Of a DNA stretch of 64,000 bases, positions 36,501 through 48,893 are shown in pieces. The notes under the pieces are model-generated. The model searched no databases. It worked only from the letters and a program-made list of their open reading frames with translations, and was not told the DNA's origin. Source of the DNA: Hormiphora californensis (lineage: Eukaryota > Animalia > Ctenophora); NCBI GenBank assembly GCA_020137815.1, contig CM035352.1, positions 9,114,001 to 9,178,000 of the forward strand. Reading direction: 5' to 3'. The first letter of the stretch is position 1; the number at the start of each line of letters is the position of its first letter. A program made the position numbers and the translations under genes.

Positions 36501-39500
36501 TCAGTCTGAAATAACTTTATGTCTCAAATGATTTTACCGCCGGACAACAATCACTTTCCCGCTCAGGAACTTTCCTTCTAAACACATTCATTCAGTTTTC
36601 AAATCATCATTTTGGGTTCATTATCCCATTATGATTCCCCCGACACATTAGAATCACGGTGATTCATCCCATCGTCTTGAACAATGGCTCGAACCTATCC
36701 ACCCTCCACTCTCCATAATCCCCATGGTGATATAACGCCCAGAGAAGACATGGCAACGTGACACACTATCCCCCTATCATCAGGAAATGATGATGAGAAG
36801 CCCGAGTATCCTGAGGGGTCCTGGTTTGCAATGCTGTTTGCATGTGGTGTTGGTGTTGGTCTGTTCTTCTATGGAGTATCAGAACCAGTCAGTCACTTCT
36901 CTCAACCAAACAGGTAATTCTCAAAAACAGGTTTAGGTAATACACTCAAAACACAGTCGGACCCTGGTTTACCGGGATCGGATGCCTCGTATTGCCTTGT
37001 TCGACCCTCCTTCCCCGCGCTTTGAACAAAAGGTTTGTCCGGTAAATCGCGATTTACCGGATAAAACCTTGTTTTGATTATTCGGGGGATTAATCGGAGT
37101 CTATTCCAGTTTTCTGTCTCCAGTTTTGGAGGGATTTGAAGTTTTCATACAACACAGCTCGATCTATTTCTAATCCCCCCATTGCAGATATACAGCAGAC
37201 AGGACAATGCCAGATAATGAGGTAGCCCAGAACGCTCTAAATCTGACCTTTTACCATTGGGGATTCCACGCCTGGGTGGTCTACAGTCTGGTGGGACTTA
37301 TCCTGGGGTTCATGACATTCAGGTAGGTGTGGAGGATCGAACCCCCCAGATAAACTGAAACTAGTTGGTGGATCACCCCCCCCCCTCATCACCCACCTAC
37401 TATAGGCCACCCCCCCCCCCCCAGATAAACTGAAACTAGGTGGTGGATCACCCACCTAGTTTCAGTTTACATCTGTCAGTGGCAGTGTCACAGAGATGTC
37501 TGGCCGCTCTTGATCTCGCTCTGCTCACAGGGGCAAAGTTCTTTACCAAGCTAGATAATAATAATCTCTGACTAGTTCTGAGTCAGCTCATTATGTGCCA
37601 ATAACAGTACCATCTCTCTAACTACATTCATCTTACTGCAGGAAGGGTCTTCCAATGACTATGAAGTCGTGTTTCTACCCGCTGATCGGTGATAGGATAT
37701 ATGGGTGGATGGGAGACCTCATAGATATCTTGTCTATCATTACAACCCTGTTTGGGGTCTGCACTTCCCTCGGTCTCGGGACCATGCAGGTTTGTGGGAC
37801 TATAGGGACATAGCTGTAGTGTTCCTGGCTTGTGAAGAGTACTGAGGGTGGGGAGGTGGGGATACTAGTATACCGATTTACTGATAGACTAGTGCAGTAC
37901 CAGTAGAGCTCTGTTTCTACTCTGTAATGTGCAGACTATCCATGCCCACTTTCCTTTCAGGTTAATGCAGGTCTGAATTTCATCTTTCCTTCCATCGAGA
38001 AAAGCATTACAACTCAGGTAAAATATCCAAATTGGTATTTCGATCAAAACTCACGACAACCTGTTTCACCTGCTCGTTCATAAAACACAACAACCTGTTT
38101 CACCTGCTCCTTCATAAAACACGACAACCTGTTTCACCTGCTCCTTCATAAAACACGGCAATGTGTTTCAGGTGATAATAATATGGATAATCACGGCAAT
38201 AGCCACTATATCTGTGGTTACTGGTGTAGGGGCGGGTGTGAGACGGCTCTCTGAGATTTGTTTTGGAGTTGGTATGTTCTTGATGATGTCAACATTCTTC
38301 CTAGAGGACAGCTGGTATGTTGAACACATGTGTGTGTTTAGACACATGGTCACTGATCATGGGTTGTAAAGCCCCCCCCCCCCCACCACTCCCCCCGTTG
38401 TAAAATAATACCAAGCCGGACCACGAGTAGCACTGAAGAGATGTTTTACTGATATTCCGATTCATAAGTCCCTATAAAATAATATTTTACTGGAAATGGT
38501 ATTGGTATTTGGTACTCAGAGTACCATTTCCAATAAAATATATATGCGGACTTAAGAATCGGAATATCAGTAGAAAGTATGTTGTTAACCCATGTTTCTC
38601 TCTGGAGATGTCAGTGTCACCCTCTCATTCCTTCACAGGTATCTGTTGAACCTGTACGTGCAGACAATAGGGTACTACTTCCAAACAATTGTCAAGTTGG
38701 GATTCCGTACTGATGCCTTCGAACTACTGAACATAACATCCACCCTAGGAGACGACAGGGGCAGGTAATTGTTGGAGATTTGAATTGCTAAAACGGTTGG
38801 TTCCAGCGTCTTTCTATCATGGACATTTTTGGGTTGCTCATGGTTGGACTTGCATTATTATTTATTACAATTCACACCCTATAATTGTTGTAAATCTTGT
38901 TGACACTCAGTCACACCCCCACCATGGGTCCTAACAGGACTCCTATTGCCCCAGTTTACCCTATGAATTTCAACCCAATAACACCCACGTACCCCAGGGC
39001 CTACTCAGACGGGGATTATGATGCCCCATCCACTGCCCCACCTCCAGATGACCCAACAATAACCCCCCCCCCCCCCACCAGGGCCTACTCAGACGGGGAT
39101 TATGATGCCCCTGAGAACTGGATGAACAGTTGGACTATCTTCTACTGGGGATGGTGGATCTCGTGGTCCCCCTTTGTGGGCATGTTCATCGCTAAAATCT
39201 CACGTGGCCGGACTATTCGACAGTTCATTAATGGTTAGTCTGGCTCAATTACACGACCCCATTTTCGGCCTGTCACTCCTTCACCTTGGATTCACACAGT
39301 CTAAAGTCTAACCCTGACCCATCATGTGCTTTACAGGTACTCTGACTGCCCCCATGATCTATAGTTTCTTATGGCTCACAATATTCGGTGGAAGTGCTAT
39401 GTACCACGAGAAGGCGGCCGCTGCAGCAAACCCCAACAACCCCTACTGTTGTGTTTACAGCTACTCTTCAATCAACTGGGACAAAGTGGACAACCTGGCT

Positions 39501-42500
39501 GACTTCGATACCATGCTCAAGGGAGTTGACTATCAATATCATAATAGAACTGAATGTACAACGAAGTTCAAGAATCGATGGGCGGAGGGGATGTACGGGG
39601 AGAAAAATACAGATTCGGGCAAGGAAGCTGTGAAGGCTTTCAAGGAGTTTTATAAAATACCTAGCAACCAATACAAGATGGCTGTTAGCGAGGATAGAGG
39701 GTGAGTAACAATTGTGTACGGGGGGCACTTGTAACTAGTGAGTAGTGGGTGGGGGCAACTAGATAGTAACTAGAATGGTACCCCTTCCCTTTAACTCCTT
39801 GGTAGTCTAATCAGTAATGACTGATGATACCGGTTCCTATGGTAACCAGTTTCTATGGTAACCATAGTAACCATACCCTCTATTCCTCTGCAGGACAGCT
39901 CGGTTATCCTGCCTACAGAATGACGACCAGTGGTTTGCCCTGATGTATACTAAGGGGAAGCTAGGAGTCTTTCTCAGTATAGTCTCTCTATTCGGCATCG
40001 TCCTTTACTTTGTCACTAGTGCTGATTCAGGTTTGTTCATTATGGGGGAGGGAGGTGGCTTCATTTCTCAGTATCGTCTCTCTATTCGGCATCGTCCTTT
40101 ACTTTGTCACTAGTGCTGATTCAGGTTTGTTCATTATGGGGGAGGGAGGGAGGGGTCTTCATTTCTCAGTTTGTTTGTTCAGTTCTCCTGAACTGTTAAG
40201 ATAGGCATTTGCTGGCTAGTGGCTGTTCACTGTTCAGTTCTCAGTTTTTGATAGTTTGTTTATGATATCCTATACTTTGGATTTGGGGTTCCTCAGTCAG
40301 GGTTCATTTGTCAGTTTGTCTGTCAGTCACTAGCACCCCGTGTTGAGTTGTAACAAGGTGTCACATACCTATAACAGGGTGTGACATACCCGTAACAGGG
40401 TGTGACATGTGCCTAGATAGAGTGATAGGACCCTGTCACCACAACATATCACGAGCTGTACCAGTCACCCAGTCATAAACACAACCTGGTGCGCTGGGGG
40501 GGGGGTTCAGGATAAATGGTTCGGACGTATATGCCACTTTTTTCAAAATTGCCACTTAGTGTTTTTCGCTAAATGGTCATTTTTTGGCCAAACTTGGTCA
40601 ATTTTCGGCAAAATTTGGCCAATTTTCGGTAAAAATTGAGATTCTTCGAGGTGGACCTGAAAAATTTTCAATTTTCAAAATTCAAATTTCAATTTTCTCG
40701 CGCGCAAAATTTTTTCTGGAAATTTTTTGGTTTTGTTCCCAGAAAACAGCCTAAATTTTGCCATTTTTTGGGCAGAAAAAGCTAGTTTTTCGGTAAATTT
40801 TGGGGGTTTAGGGGTCTATTTGGGGTTTGACCACTAAAAGAAACTGATTAAGTGGTCAATTTTAGGGGGTGGGGGGTCCTTTTGGATTTTGACCACTTAA
40901 GCAATTTTTAGGCATATACGTCTGACCACTTAAGGCCAGAGGGGGGGGTCGACCGATTTTTGACCCCTATTTTGGACCATTTTTGGGGTTACCACCATGT
41001 GATAGCGCTTGGCATACTGGACCAGATGGATATGACAGAATCGATTTTGCGCGAACGGTCTGGGAGAAAAATGGGGTTAACTTTTGGCCTGAAATCAATG
41101 TAAACCCCATTATTTTAGGACTGGTAGGGGTTAGAACACCCAATCCAGTGTCAAACACTTTGTCTTATCAAGAGGGATCACTCTGCAAAGTTTTACACTA
41201 TAAGTCCAACTGGTCTTTGAATTATTTGGGGTTAACAAAATCTGGAAAAATCGCCATTATGGCTCCCCTCTAAACCCCATTTTTACACATGGTTAACCAC
41301 TTTCTGAGAAAACGGCTAGGATCTAGACCTTGTCGCTTGACACACTTGTTCTACAGACCAAGGAGCATGAAACATATGTAGCGATTTTTGATTAAGGCCC
41401 TCATTCAAAAATTATGGGGGTTTACATAATATTTTTCTCGACCAAACATTTGTAAACCCCCATAATTTTTGAATGAGGGCCTTAATCAAAAATCGCTACA
41501 TATGTTTCATGCTCCTTGGTCTGTAGAACAAGTTTGCCAAGCGACAAGGTCTAGATCCTAGCCGTTTTCTCAGAAAGTGGTTAACCATGTGTAAAAAAGG
41601 GGTTTAGAGGGGAGCCATAATGGGGATTTTTCCAGATTTTGTTAACCCCTAATAATTCAAAGACCAGTTGGACTTATAGTGTAAAACTTAGCAGAGTGAT
41701 TCCCCTTGATAAGACAAAGTGTTTGACACTAGATTGGGTGTTCTAACCCCTACCAGTCCTAAAATAATGGGGTTTACATTGATTTCAGGCCAAAAGTTAA
41801 CCCCATTTTTCTCCCAGGCCGTTCGTGCAAAATCGATTTTGTCATATCCATCTGGTCCGGTATGCCAAGCGCTATCACATGATGGTAACCTCAAAAATAG
41901 CCCAAAATGGGGGTCAAAAATCGGTCGACCCCCCCCTCTGGCCTTAATCCTGACCCCCCCCCCCCCCCCCCGGGTGCGCTATCATGGGATCTATCATGGC
42001 ACTGAGATATTATTAAGAACAGGGAAATTTAATATATAATACTTGGTTCTGTCTGACTCAATAAGTCTGACCCCCCATTTCTTCCCTCTCTCAGGTAGTC
42101 TTGTGATTGACATTATGGCAGCGAATGGTGACCAGAACCCGCCCCGAGCACAAAGAATATTCTGGGCCTTCTCAGAAGGAGCTGCTGCTACTGCTCTCTT
42201 ATGGGCTGGTGGTAATGATGCTCTAATTGCTTTACAGGTACAAAGGGAATCTAGTGTTCTGAGCCCGTATTATATCGTCTATTTGACAACCCCGTCTCGG
42301 TCTACTACTAATACATGATCACTCCAAACCCTCTATCCCCTATAATCAGACAGCCAGTGTCATGACGGGTCTGCCCTACGCCATGCTGATGAGTTTTATA
42401 TGTATGGCACTGTGGAGAGGTCTAGCCATGGAATTTGGAGATCTCAACCCGTATGGATGTGACTTTAAGATTGGGATAATAGATCCACTGACGACAATTG

Positions 42501-44812
42501 ATGTGGATTTGTGGGTGGATTTTGGGAAGCAAATCTTTATCGCGTGAGTAGAAATGGAAGCAGTTTGGCACTGGTCATCAATCAATCAAAACTGCCGCTG
42601 GCAGTGGCATTGCGCCGAAATAATCATATTATAATAGGAAGCAAACCAGCCACGCAGACCAAACTGAGTGAGGATTCAGGGTGGCGTAACAGGGTCGTTA
42701 GCACGAAGACGGTTAGGTCTTTTGTGTGCTTTGAACCTGCTACCCCACCCTGGTCCGCACTATGTCTTTACAAAACTGAAAACCATAAAAAATTATAAAA
42801 CATAGAATAAATCCGTATCTCAAAAAGTTAACTCATAATCTCTATCTCTCAAATCTCTCGCAACACTTCTCACGTCTCACTCTCTACAATAGAACCTCTT
42901 CTAATCCTCCACACTTTATCAGGTTCATTTTCTCTTCTCTCTCTCAGTTTAGTAACTAACTCTTTTCTCTCTGCTCTCTCTTCTACTGATCTGTCCGGTG
43001 CAATAAACACTGACTGATACTGGTCAGAGTCCTTCAGCGTCGCTGATTTCCCCAAAATAGTCCTAGCAATCTCTCTGTTCCTCAGCACCACCCATACTGG
43101 CCGTACCCTCTCACCACCTCTCCTACCAAGTCGTGCCACCTCTGATAACACTGGCGCTTCAGACAAATTTTCAAATAGATCCTTGACTAAAGTACTGTCG
43201 CTTAGCTGGTCACTCTCTGGCAGACCGTACACCATCAGGTTGTTACTACGATCAACTGAAGCGCTGGCAATTGTTGTTCGTAGTTTGCTGGGAGCAAGGG
43301 CAGATACACAGGTCTGGTTCACAGCAGTAGCAGCTGTCTGGAGAACAGCAGAGTAATTCTGAATCTCGTCCTTTACAACTGTCTGTACAGCGGTCACGCT
43401 CTTCTCTAGCATGGTATCTTTCATGGATATGATCGAGTCTTTCAGGGCACTGATCTCTGATTGCAGTTCAATGATCTTGGAATCACGTTCTAATAACAGA
43501 TCTGTAGCACTGTCAAGACGGTCTCGGGTGTGGTCCAGATGCTCCATAAGCTTCTCTACCTTCTCTTTTGATTCATCGCTACACACAGAACTGTTCTGAA
43601 CCGATCGCATGTCATCTGACAAGTTCTTCTTAGCTAACCGACTGAGAGGGAGAGCACGATACCAAAGTAAGCCCGCCATATCAGAAATAAAACTAACTTT
43701 CTTGTTGGTATCTAGAGTTGAGAGATAGGTGGTGGTCAGCTTGTTCAGGTCAAATGTGCCACCTTCCTTGTTAGGGTCAGGGTACCCACCGACTCGTCTC
43801 AAGGTAGATACGATGGACATCTCCAGCCGGCTGTAATCAGCAGTAGTAGCTCTGTTGCCCGGGCCGCCATTCCGCCAGATAGTGGCACGATCCAACTTGG
43901 AGGCCATGCTCGTTCGCGTGTACAACGGTGCAAGATCAAAAAATTATCAGCAGCGAGCTTTTTAAACGAAACTGATAAGTGATATGTGAGAAGTGAAGCT
44001 GATAAGTGATATGTGAGAAGTCCATGGTCATCACACCTCATCCCTCTATGTCTCCCAGTCTCTGCTGCGTATTTCCCTCTTATCTTCCAGGAATCCAGAT
44101 CTTAATATTGACCTAGGACCCCCTCTCTCAGACAGTATACAACGTCCGTCGTCCCCCACTAACCCCCTCTCTCTCTCAGACCGTACACAATGTCCCCCAC
44201 TAACCACCTCTCCCTCAGACCCTACACAATGGCCCGGACAGTATCCATGTTGGGTGCCAGTAAGGCCAGCTCGATAGCAATTGGAGTCACAGGCACGTCC
44301 CTCCTAGTTGCATGGATCACCCTCCTACTAGTTGAACTAGAAGTTCAGGGAGCATTTGCCATCTCCTGGTGCTGCTACCTATCTTTCTCGTTCCTCCTCG
44401 CTGCTATACGGTGCTCTGTGCGAGGACAGTGGGAAATTAACGGAAACTTTGTCGAGGACTTCTTTGCCAGTATGCTCATGTACCCAAGCTCCTGTATACA
44501 GGTAATATAGCATGACGTCATGACCATATTAGGAAGTATGACGTCACCACATGACCATATTAGGAAGTAATGGTAGTTGTGTAAAACCATGGAAATGGCG
44601 TATTTAGACTGTCTTGCAGCGCCGACACACGGGCTCTAGCGGTGCCAGACAGTATTTAGTGTCTGAGTTCCTAACAATGTTCCTCCTCCCTATAGATCTA
44701 CACGGCTATGGAAGGGAAGGATGGACGATCCACGCTAATGAAGGACCCCAAACCGGCCATAGCAAATGGAAGCGAAATGAAGAATGTCGTGAAGAATGTC
44801 TTGGCGGTGTAA
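33564..44812 (+). CDS. BCCT-family (betaine/carnitine/choline) transporter with a C-terminal PLAC8-like segment
   Basis: Exons include 34783-34930, 35749-35809, 36784-36912, ~37188-37322, ~37642-37788, 37961-38017, 38172-38314, ~38639-38764, 39082-39233, 39337-39700, 39894-40030, 42095-42237, 42350-42543, 44219-44501, 44696-44812. Motifs [69 protein letters not shown]. The start exon (33564) is tentative. Confidence 0.93.
40496..41971. mobile_element. Mutator-like foldback element (~500-bp arms) with a nested TTAA-site insert (~40518-40929)
   Basis: Poly-G/poly-C termini, flanking GGTGCGCT direct repeat, palindrome centred near 41440. Nested TIR GGACGTATATGCC / GGCATATACGTCT. Confidence 0.85.
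42581..44024 (-). mobile_element. ORF1-only non-LTR retroelement (HAL1-like architecture) in a BCCT intron
   Basis: TSD TGGTCATCA at 42572-42580 and 44025-44033. Tandem repeat at the 5' end, one 351-aa ORF, ~290-bp 3' UTR, (TTGA)n tail, no RT. Confidence 0.85.
42870..43925 (-). CDS. LINE ORF1p-like protein (coiled coil plus RRM/CTD; CR1/L2-type)
   Basis: Coiled coil followed by [12 protein letters not shown]...RLG...RPVWV...[10 protein letters not shown] motifs. Confidence 0.85.
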   Translation of the reverse strand: MYTRTSMASKLDRATIWRNGGPGNRATTADYSRLEMSIVSTLRRVGGYPDPNKEGGTFDLNKLTTTYLSTLDTNKKVSFISDMAGLLWYRALPLSRLAKKNLSDDMRSVQNSSVCSDESKEKVEKLMEHLDHTRDRLDSATDLLLERDSKIIELQSEISALKDSIISMKDTMLEKSVTAVQTVVKDEIQNYSAVLQTAATAVNQTCVSALAPSKLRTTIASASVDRSNNLMVYGLPESDQLSDSTLVKDLFENLSEAPVLSEVARLGRRGGERVRPVWVVLRNREIARTILGKSATLKDSDQYQSVFIAPDRSVEERAERKELVTKLRERRENEPDKVWRIRRGSIVESET

Positions 44813-45497
44813 TGGACTGATAAACATGATAATGATTTGTGGTGTCCAAACCCACGAACCCACATTTGTGTACTGTCAGAGCGTTAGCCTGGCCCTATTC
44901 TCATTTCTTCATTGGCCTGACAGTTTGTGAGCCACTTGCCACTAGCCAACTAAGCGGCATTCTAGGACTCCTTGCAGGAGACAAAGACAATGAAACAGAA
45001 ATAAGACTGTGTTATAATTAGTTTTTTGTTAGGCAAAAAGTGTAGGTATGTGTTACCATGGTTACACGTGTGACGTGGACTCGTAGGAACACCAATGACC
45101 AAGGTGAATACAATGACTGAAGGCTTCTGATATTATGATATGTTAGGAGGATTTTCCAATTGTACACCAAGCATTTATTTCACAACGGTTAAATATGAAC
45201 CATTTTAATTTGTTGGGAAAGGGAGAAAATAACGGCTGCAGCTTTCACATTTCACTCTCTGTGAGGGTTCGGTACTCGGTAGATCAATTTTCACAGCTCA
45301 TGTGAGGAATGAGTCCGATCACATACACACGTCATGCACCCTCAAACGACAAACACACTCAATCAGACCCACGCACTCAGTGGCACACAGTGTCAAATAA
45401 TGTCTCAGATATCTGGTGCCTGTCTATCCACCCCTCACTCTTCATCCACACAATGTCTCAGTCCTCCGATATCTGGTTTATCCAATATCCACCCTGC

Positions 45498-46586
45498 TCA
45501 CTCTTCACCGATCAGGTCCGTGACACTAGCTATCCTCCACCACAACAGCACAGTAGTGGCAGCGCACCTAAACTGGCTAAACAGTGCAGTTAGGACCAGA
45601 AGAAACACATGATCACAGAACCAGCCCGCCCCTACCCTTGCAACAAACTCCACAAGCAGGGTAACCCACCGGGGCAGTTGTAACAATGTGAAGAGGACCA
45701 GTAGACACGTGATGGTGATATGACCCTTCAGTTTCCTGTCAGGTCGCGTTACATTCAGCGTCACGTGTCGGTGTCGGGTACACCTGCTGGATGAAGCCTC
45801 GAGGAGGAATGCTTGGGGTCGTGTGTACCTGGGGTCTGAGATGTGGCCCACTGAGTGCCATGCTATACCTCCAATAATACATGCCAGAGCAAGTTGGGGT
45901 GCGAGGTCCAATAGGAACCATGCTACATCACGGGACCCACTAGCTGGTAGTGGGATGGAACCAGCTGATAGAGATGGGGTGGTGTGAGTGAATAGGACTT
46001 GTGTACTGTGTGTGGTGTTCAGCCACACTTTAATACCACTCTCTCCATGTTCCTGTAGTGTGTACCTCACCACGTCAATACCAGTCCAGCCGCTAGTGTA
46101 GTACCTCATATCATATTGGTAACTGAGGTTACTAAACAGGAGGGGTAGAAGAGAGAACACTGCCATACCTCCCACCACCCCCACCCCTACCATCACCACT
46201 CGTTCTCTCTTCCTCGTCCCCTCACTCCTCATCTCCATTAGTCTGGCCTGGCCCAGCACCAATAGTACTACAGGGGACCCCTTGTCAGTTAGGAAGGCCA
46301 CTAGACCAGACAGTGTCTCCAACCCACACATGTCTTGTCTCGCGTGCCATGTGTGTATACTAAAGGGGACCCCCACACACACCAAATATAACGTGTCTAG
46401 AGAGAGGAGTGAGAGAAGAAGCCGGGTATAGATGTTGGAGGAGAGGGAGAGGTTTCTGGAGAGGAGGGCTAGTAGAAGGAGGTTACCAAGAGCCAGGAAG
46501 CATGAAGAGGATAGGAAGTATCCACCGGTGAGAGCACTCCCTGTACTATCAAATGGAGTGAACGGCTCCAGAGTCAGGGTCACCAT
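45498..46586 (-). CDS. Rhodopsin-like (class A) orphan GPCR
   Basis: About 7 hydrophobic segments; TM1 GN, TM2 LxxxD, Cys before TM3, DRY position reads ARL, TM6 LLQLP. The 3' end may be spliced. Confidence 0.65.
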   Translation of the reverse strand: MVTLTLEPFTPFDSTGSALTGGYFLSSSCFLALGNLLLLALLSRNLSLSSNIYTRLLLSLLSLDTLYLVCVGVPFSIHTWHARQDMCGLETLSGLVAFLTDKGSPVVLLVLGQARLMEMRSEGTRKRERVVMVGVGVVGGMAVFSLLPLLFSNLSYQYDMRYYTSGWTGIDVVRYTLQEHGESGIKVWLNTTHSTQVLFTHTTPSLSAGSIPLPASGSRDVAWFLLDLAPQLALACIIGGIAWHSVGHISDPRYTRPQAFLLEASSSRCTRHRHVTLNVTRPDRKLKGHITITCLLVLFTLLQLPRWVTLLVEFVARVGAGWFCDHVFLLVLTALFSQFRCAATTVLLWWRIASVTDLIGEE

Positions 46587-47314
46587 GGTGACACCAACTG
46601 CTTGTCGAGCAAGGTGTGTTGCAGGGAGATGGCCGATGGGGTCGAGTCACAGAGAGCTGTAGTAGCCAGTAGGGAAGGAGTGGAGATTTCAGAGAAAGAG
46701 AACTGCACAATAGAAACTGAGAAATGGGATTTGCTGCAGGGACCAGGCAGTGGTATGTCCGGAAGTGCGGATTGGGTGCGAGAGACACAATGGGATGATG
46801 TGCAAAATATAGTGATGGGGTGATGCACACAATAACGATTTCCGGGGAATGCCATTCGAGAGGCACGGACCGGACTTTGATTAGCTGTGCATTATATTAC
46901 CAACACAACTTGTTGAGTACTCAACCACAACCATGACGTACCGTACCACAACCACACACAATGAGAACACGATTACTTCACAAAGGGTCCCACTGCCGGG
47001 GCAAAAATTAAAAAGGAATGGAACAACGATACATTATCAAAAATGTGGAACACACCTAAAATCGGTATCAATCACCGCTCGTTCCCATATCTCCGTCTGC
47101 AAACAGAATTTACCGAATTAAAACTCTAGAAAATCAAGAAAATATAATGGCCTAACCTATCTGGCGGCCCCGGGACAAAAACGGGGCGCCGCCAGACAGA
47201 TAAATAGACCGTTAACCACCGTTCTTTAAATTTGTAAAAAATCTCACGACACATCAACTCTCGTACTAGCTCTAAAATTAAAGCTGTTAGCTTACCACTC
47301 ACCAATAGAACCTG

Positions 47315-47490
47315 CTAGTATGGTAACGACTGGCTATTTGAAATGGCAGCTAATTTGAAACTACCCCTCTACAGGCCAGTCAGAACTCATGCCAACTGAT
47401 GTCTAAAAATCCAAATATGGTGCACCTGCTGGCCTGTAGAGGGGGTGTTTTAAATGAGCCGCCATTTCAAATAGCCAGTCGCTACCCTAC
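47315..47490. mobile_element. Degenerate palindromic MITE-like element
   Basis: Inverted arms cgactggctatttgaaatggc...gccatttcaaatagccagtcg. Confidence 0.55.
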
Positions 47491-47597
47491 AGACCCTATC
47501 AATAACTTCACCTCATAAAATAATCAGAATTAGCAGAGCAATACGATAACAAATCATGCGACACCCAATATATCAGATTTATTGACAGGAAATCATA

Positions 47598-48473
47598 TCA
47601 CGATTTAGGTTCGTGGTTTGAGCGCTGGTCACGCTTCCGTTTCAACACTTTTTCGATTTTTCTCTGAGTCTCTTCGTATTTCTTTAAGTGAATAACTCTC
47701 CTTTCTTTGCTAGCCTGTACCCTCCTCCTTATAACTCTTACAGCGGGATCTAAATCTACTATCCTATCAATATTATATCGCTCATCAAATAGTTCAATTT
47801 TAGAGATGGCTCTCTCCACCGATCTATCATCGACAGGTCTCTCCGGCTCCATAAATCCAAGGAACCTTAGTCTCCGAACTAGCAAGGGGACCATAACAGA
47901 GTCAGCAGCTAGTCGGATGGGGCTGAGAAGTTTATAAGACACAAAGGCAAGTATTCCGCATGCAGCAGGGGTGGGGTCTGTCAAAATAGATCTATCGTAT
48001 CCCCTCTTGGAGAGTATAGAGTCCACATCTACCCAGTTGGATGCGAAGTCTACCATTGGCGTGGCGTCAAATCCTCTGAAATAGAGAGATAGGGGGTTAG
48101 AAAATATAACGCATCTAAAGTTCAGAGAATTCTGCAAAACAATCAATCTCAATTAAGTTTTTATTTGGAACCCTCTCTCCCTCCCTCGATTTGACTGCAC
48201 TAACCGTGAAATTAGAATGTAGAATACTCCGAAAGTGATGATGGAGGTACATGTGTGGAACACTAGAAACACACTTCCATACTGCTTCACCATTTGAACT
48301 ACAGTTGATTTCTTTTTTGTACCATCACTCTCAGTACTAAGGCACCGCCTCTTCAATGTTACAGTTGGAGTAGAGACTGTCTGGGTCTGGTACAGACATG
48401 TGGTAGGACGAATTACAGCTCGAATTGAGGTTCCACTTGAAAAACATCGCAACAACCGCCCTGCTGCTATCAT
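47598..48473 (-). CDS. FAM210-like (DUF1279) mitochondrial membrane protein
   Basis: Exons 48205-48473 and 47598-48075. Arg/Ser-rich transit-like N-terminus; KQYGSVFLVFH...SRGFD and YKLLSPIRL motifs. Confidence 0.85.
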
Positions 48474-48893
48474 ATCTGGTTCGGTTCAGTGTTTCATATC
48501 TCGTCACAGCTGTACATTTTAGAAAGCTAGAGAGAGAGAGAGAGAGGATAGTTAGATAGCTAGTCGAGAGGGGGTTAGAGAATTGTTCGGGGCGGATGCA
48601 TGAGAGGAAGCTTCTAGTGCTAGTCGCGCGGTGTAACCGTTAACTTGCTGGCACGATGCACTCTTTTCAAGAGAAATGTCGCGTCTTGCGCGCCCTACTG
48701 CAAAGACTGAATCTTCGGTCAACTGTATCTACTCGCCCAGAATTCTCTGGGACACTGTGATTTAGGCAATTTGGAACTTTGTCGATTTAACTGAAGAATT
48801 GAATCCGAACTAAAACGTTCTTAGTCCAAACATACTTTTCAATCGACAAAGTTCAAAATTGCTGAAATCTCGAGAGTCGAGGTATAGCTAAGG

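Noticed and set aside
33564-44812. Bacterial contamination as the source of the BCCT
   Set aside because: It has many spliceosomal introns with host-type transposons and is flanked by animal genes.
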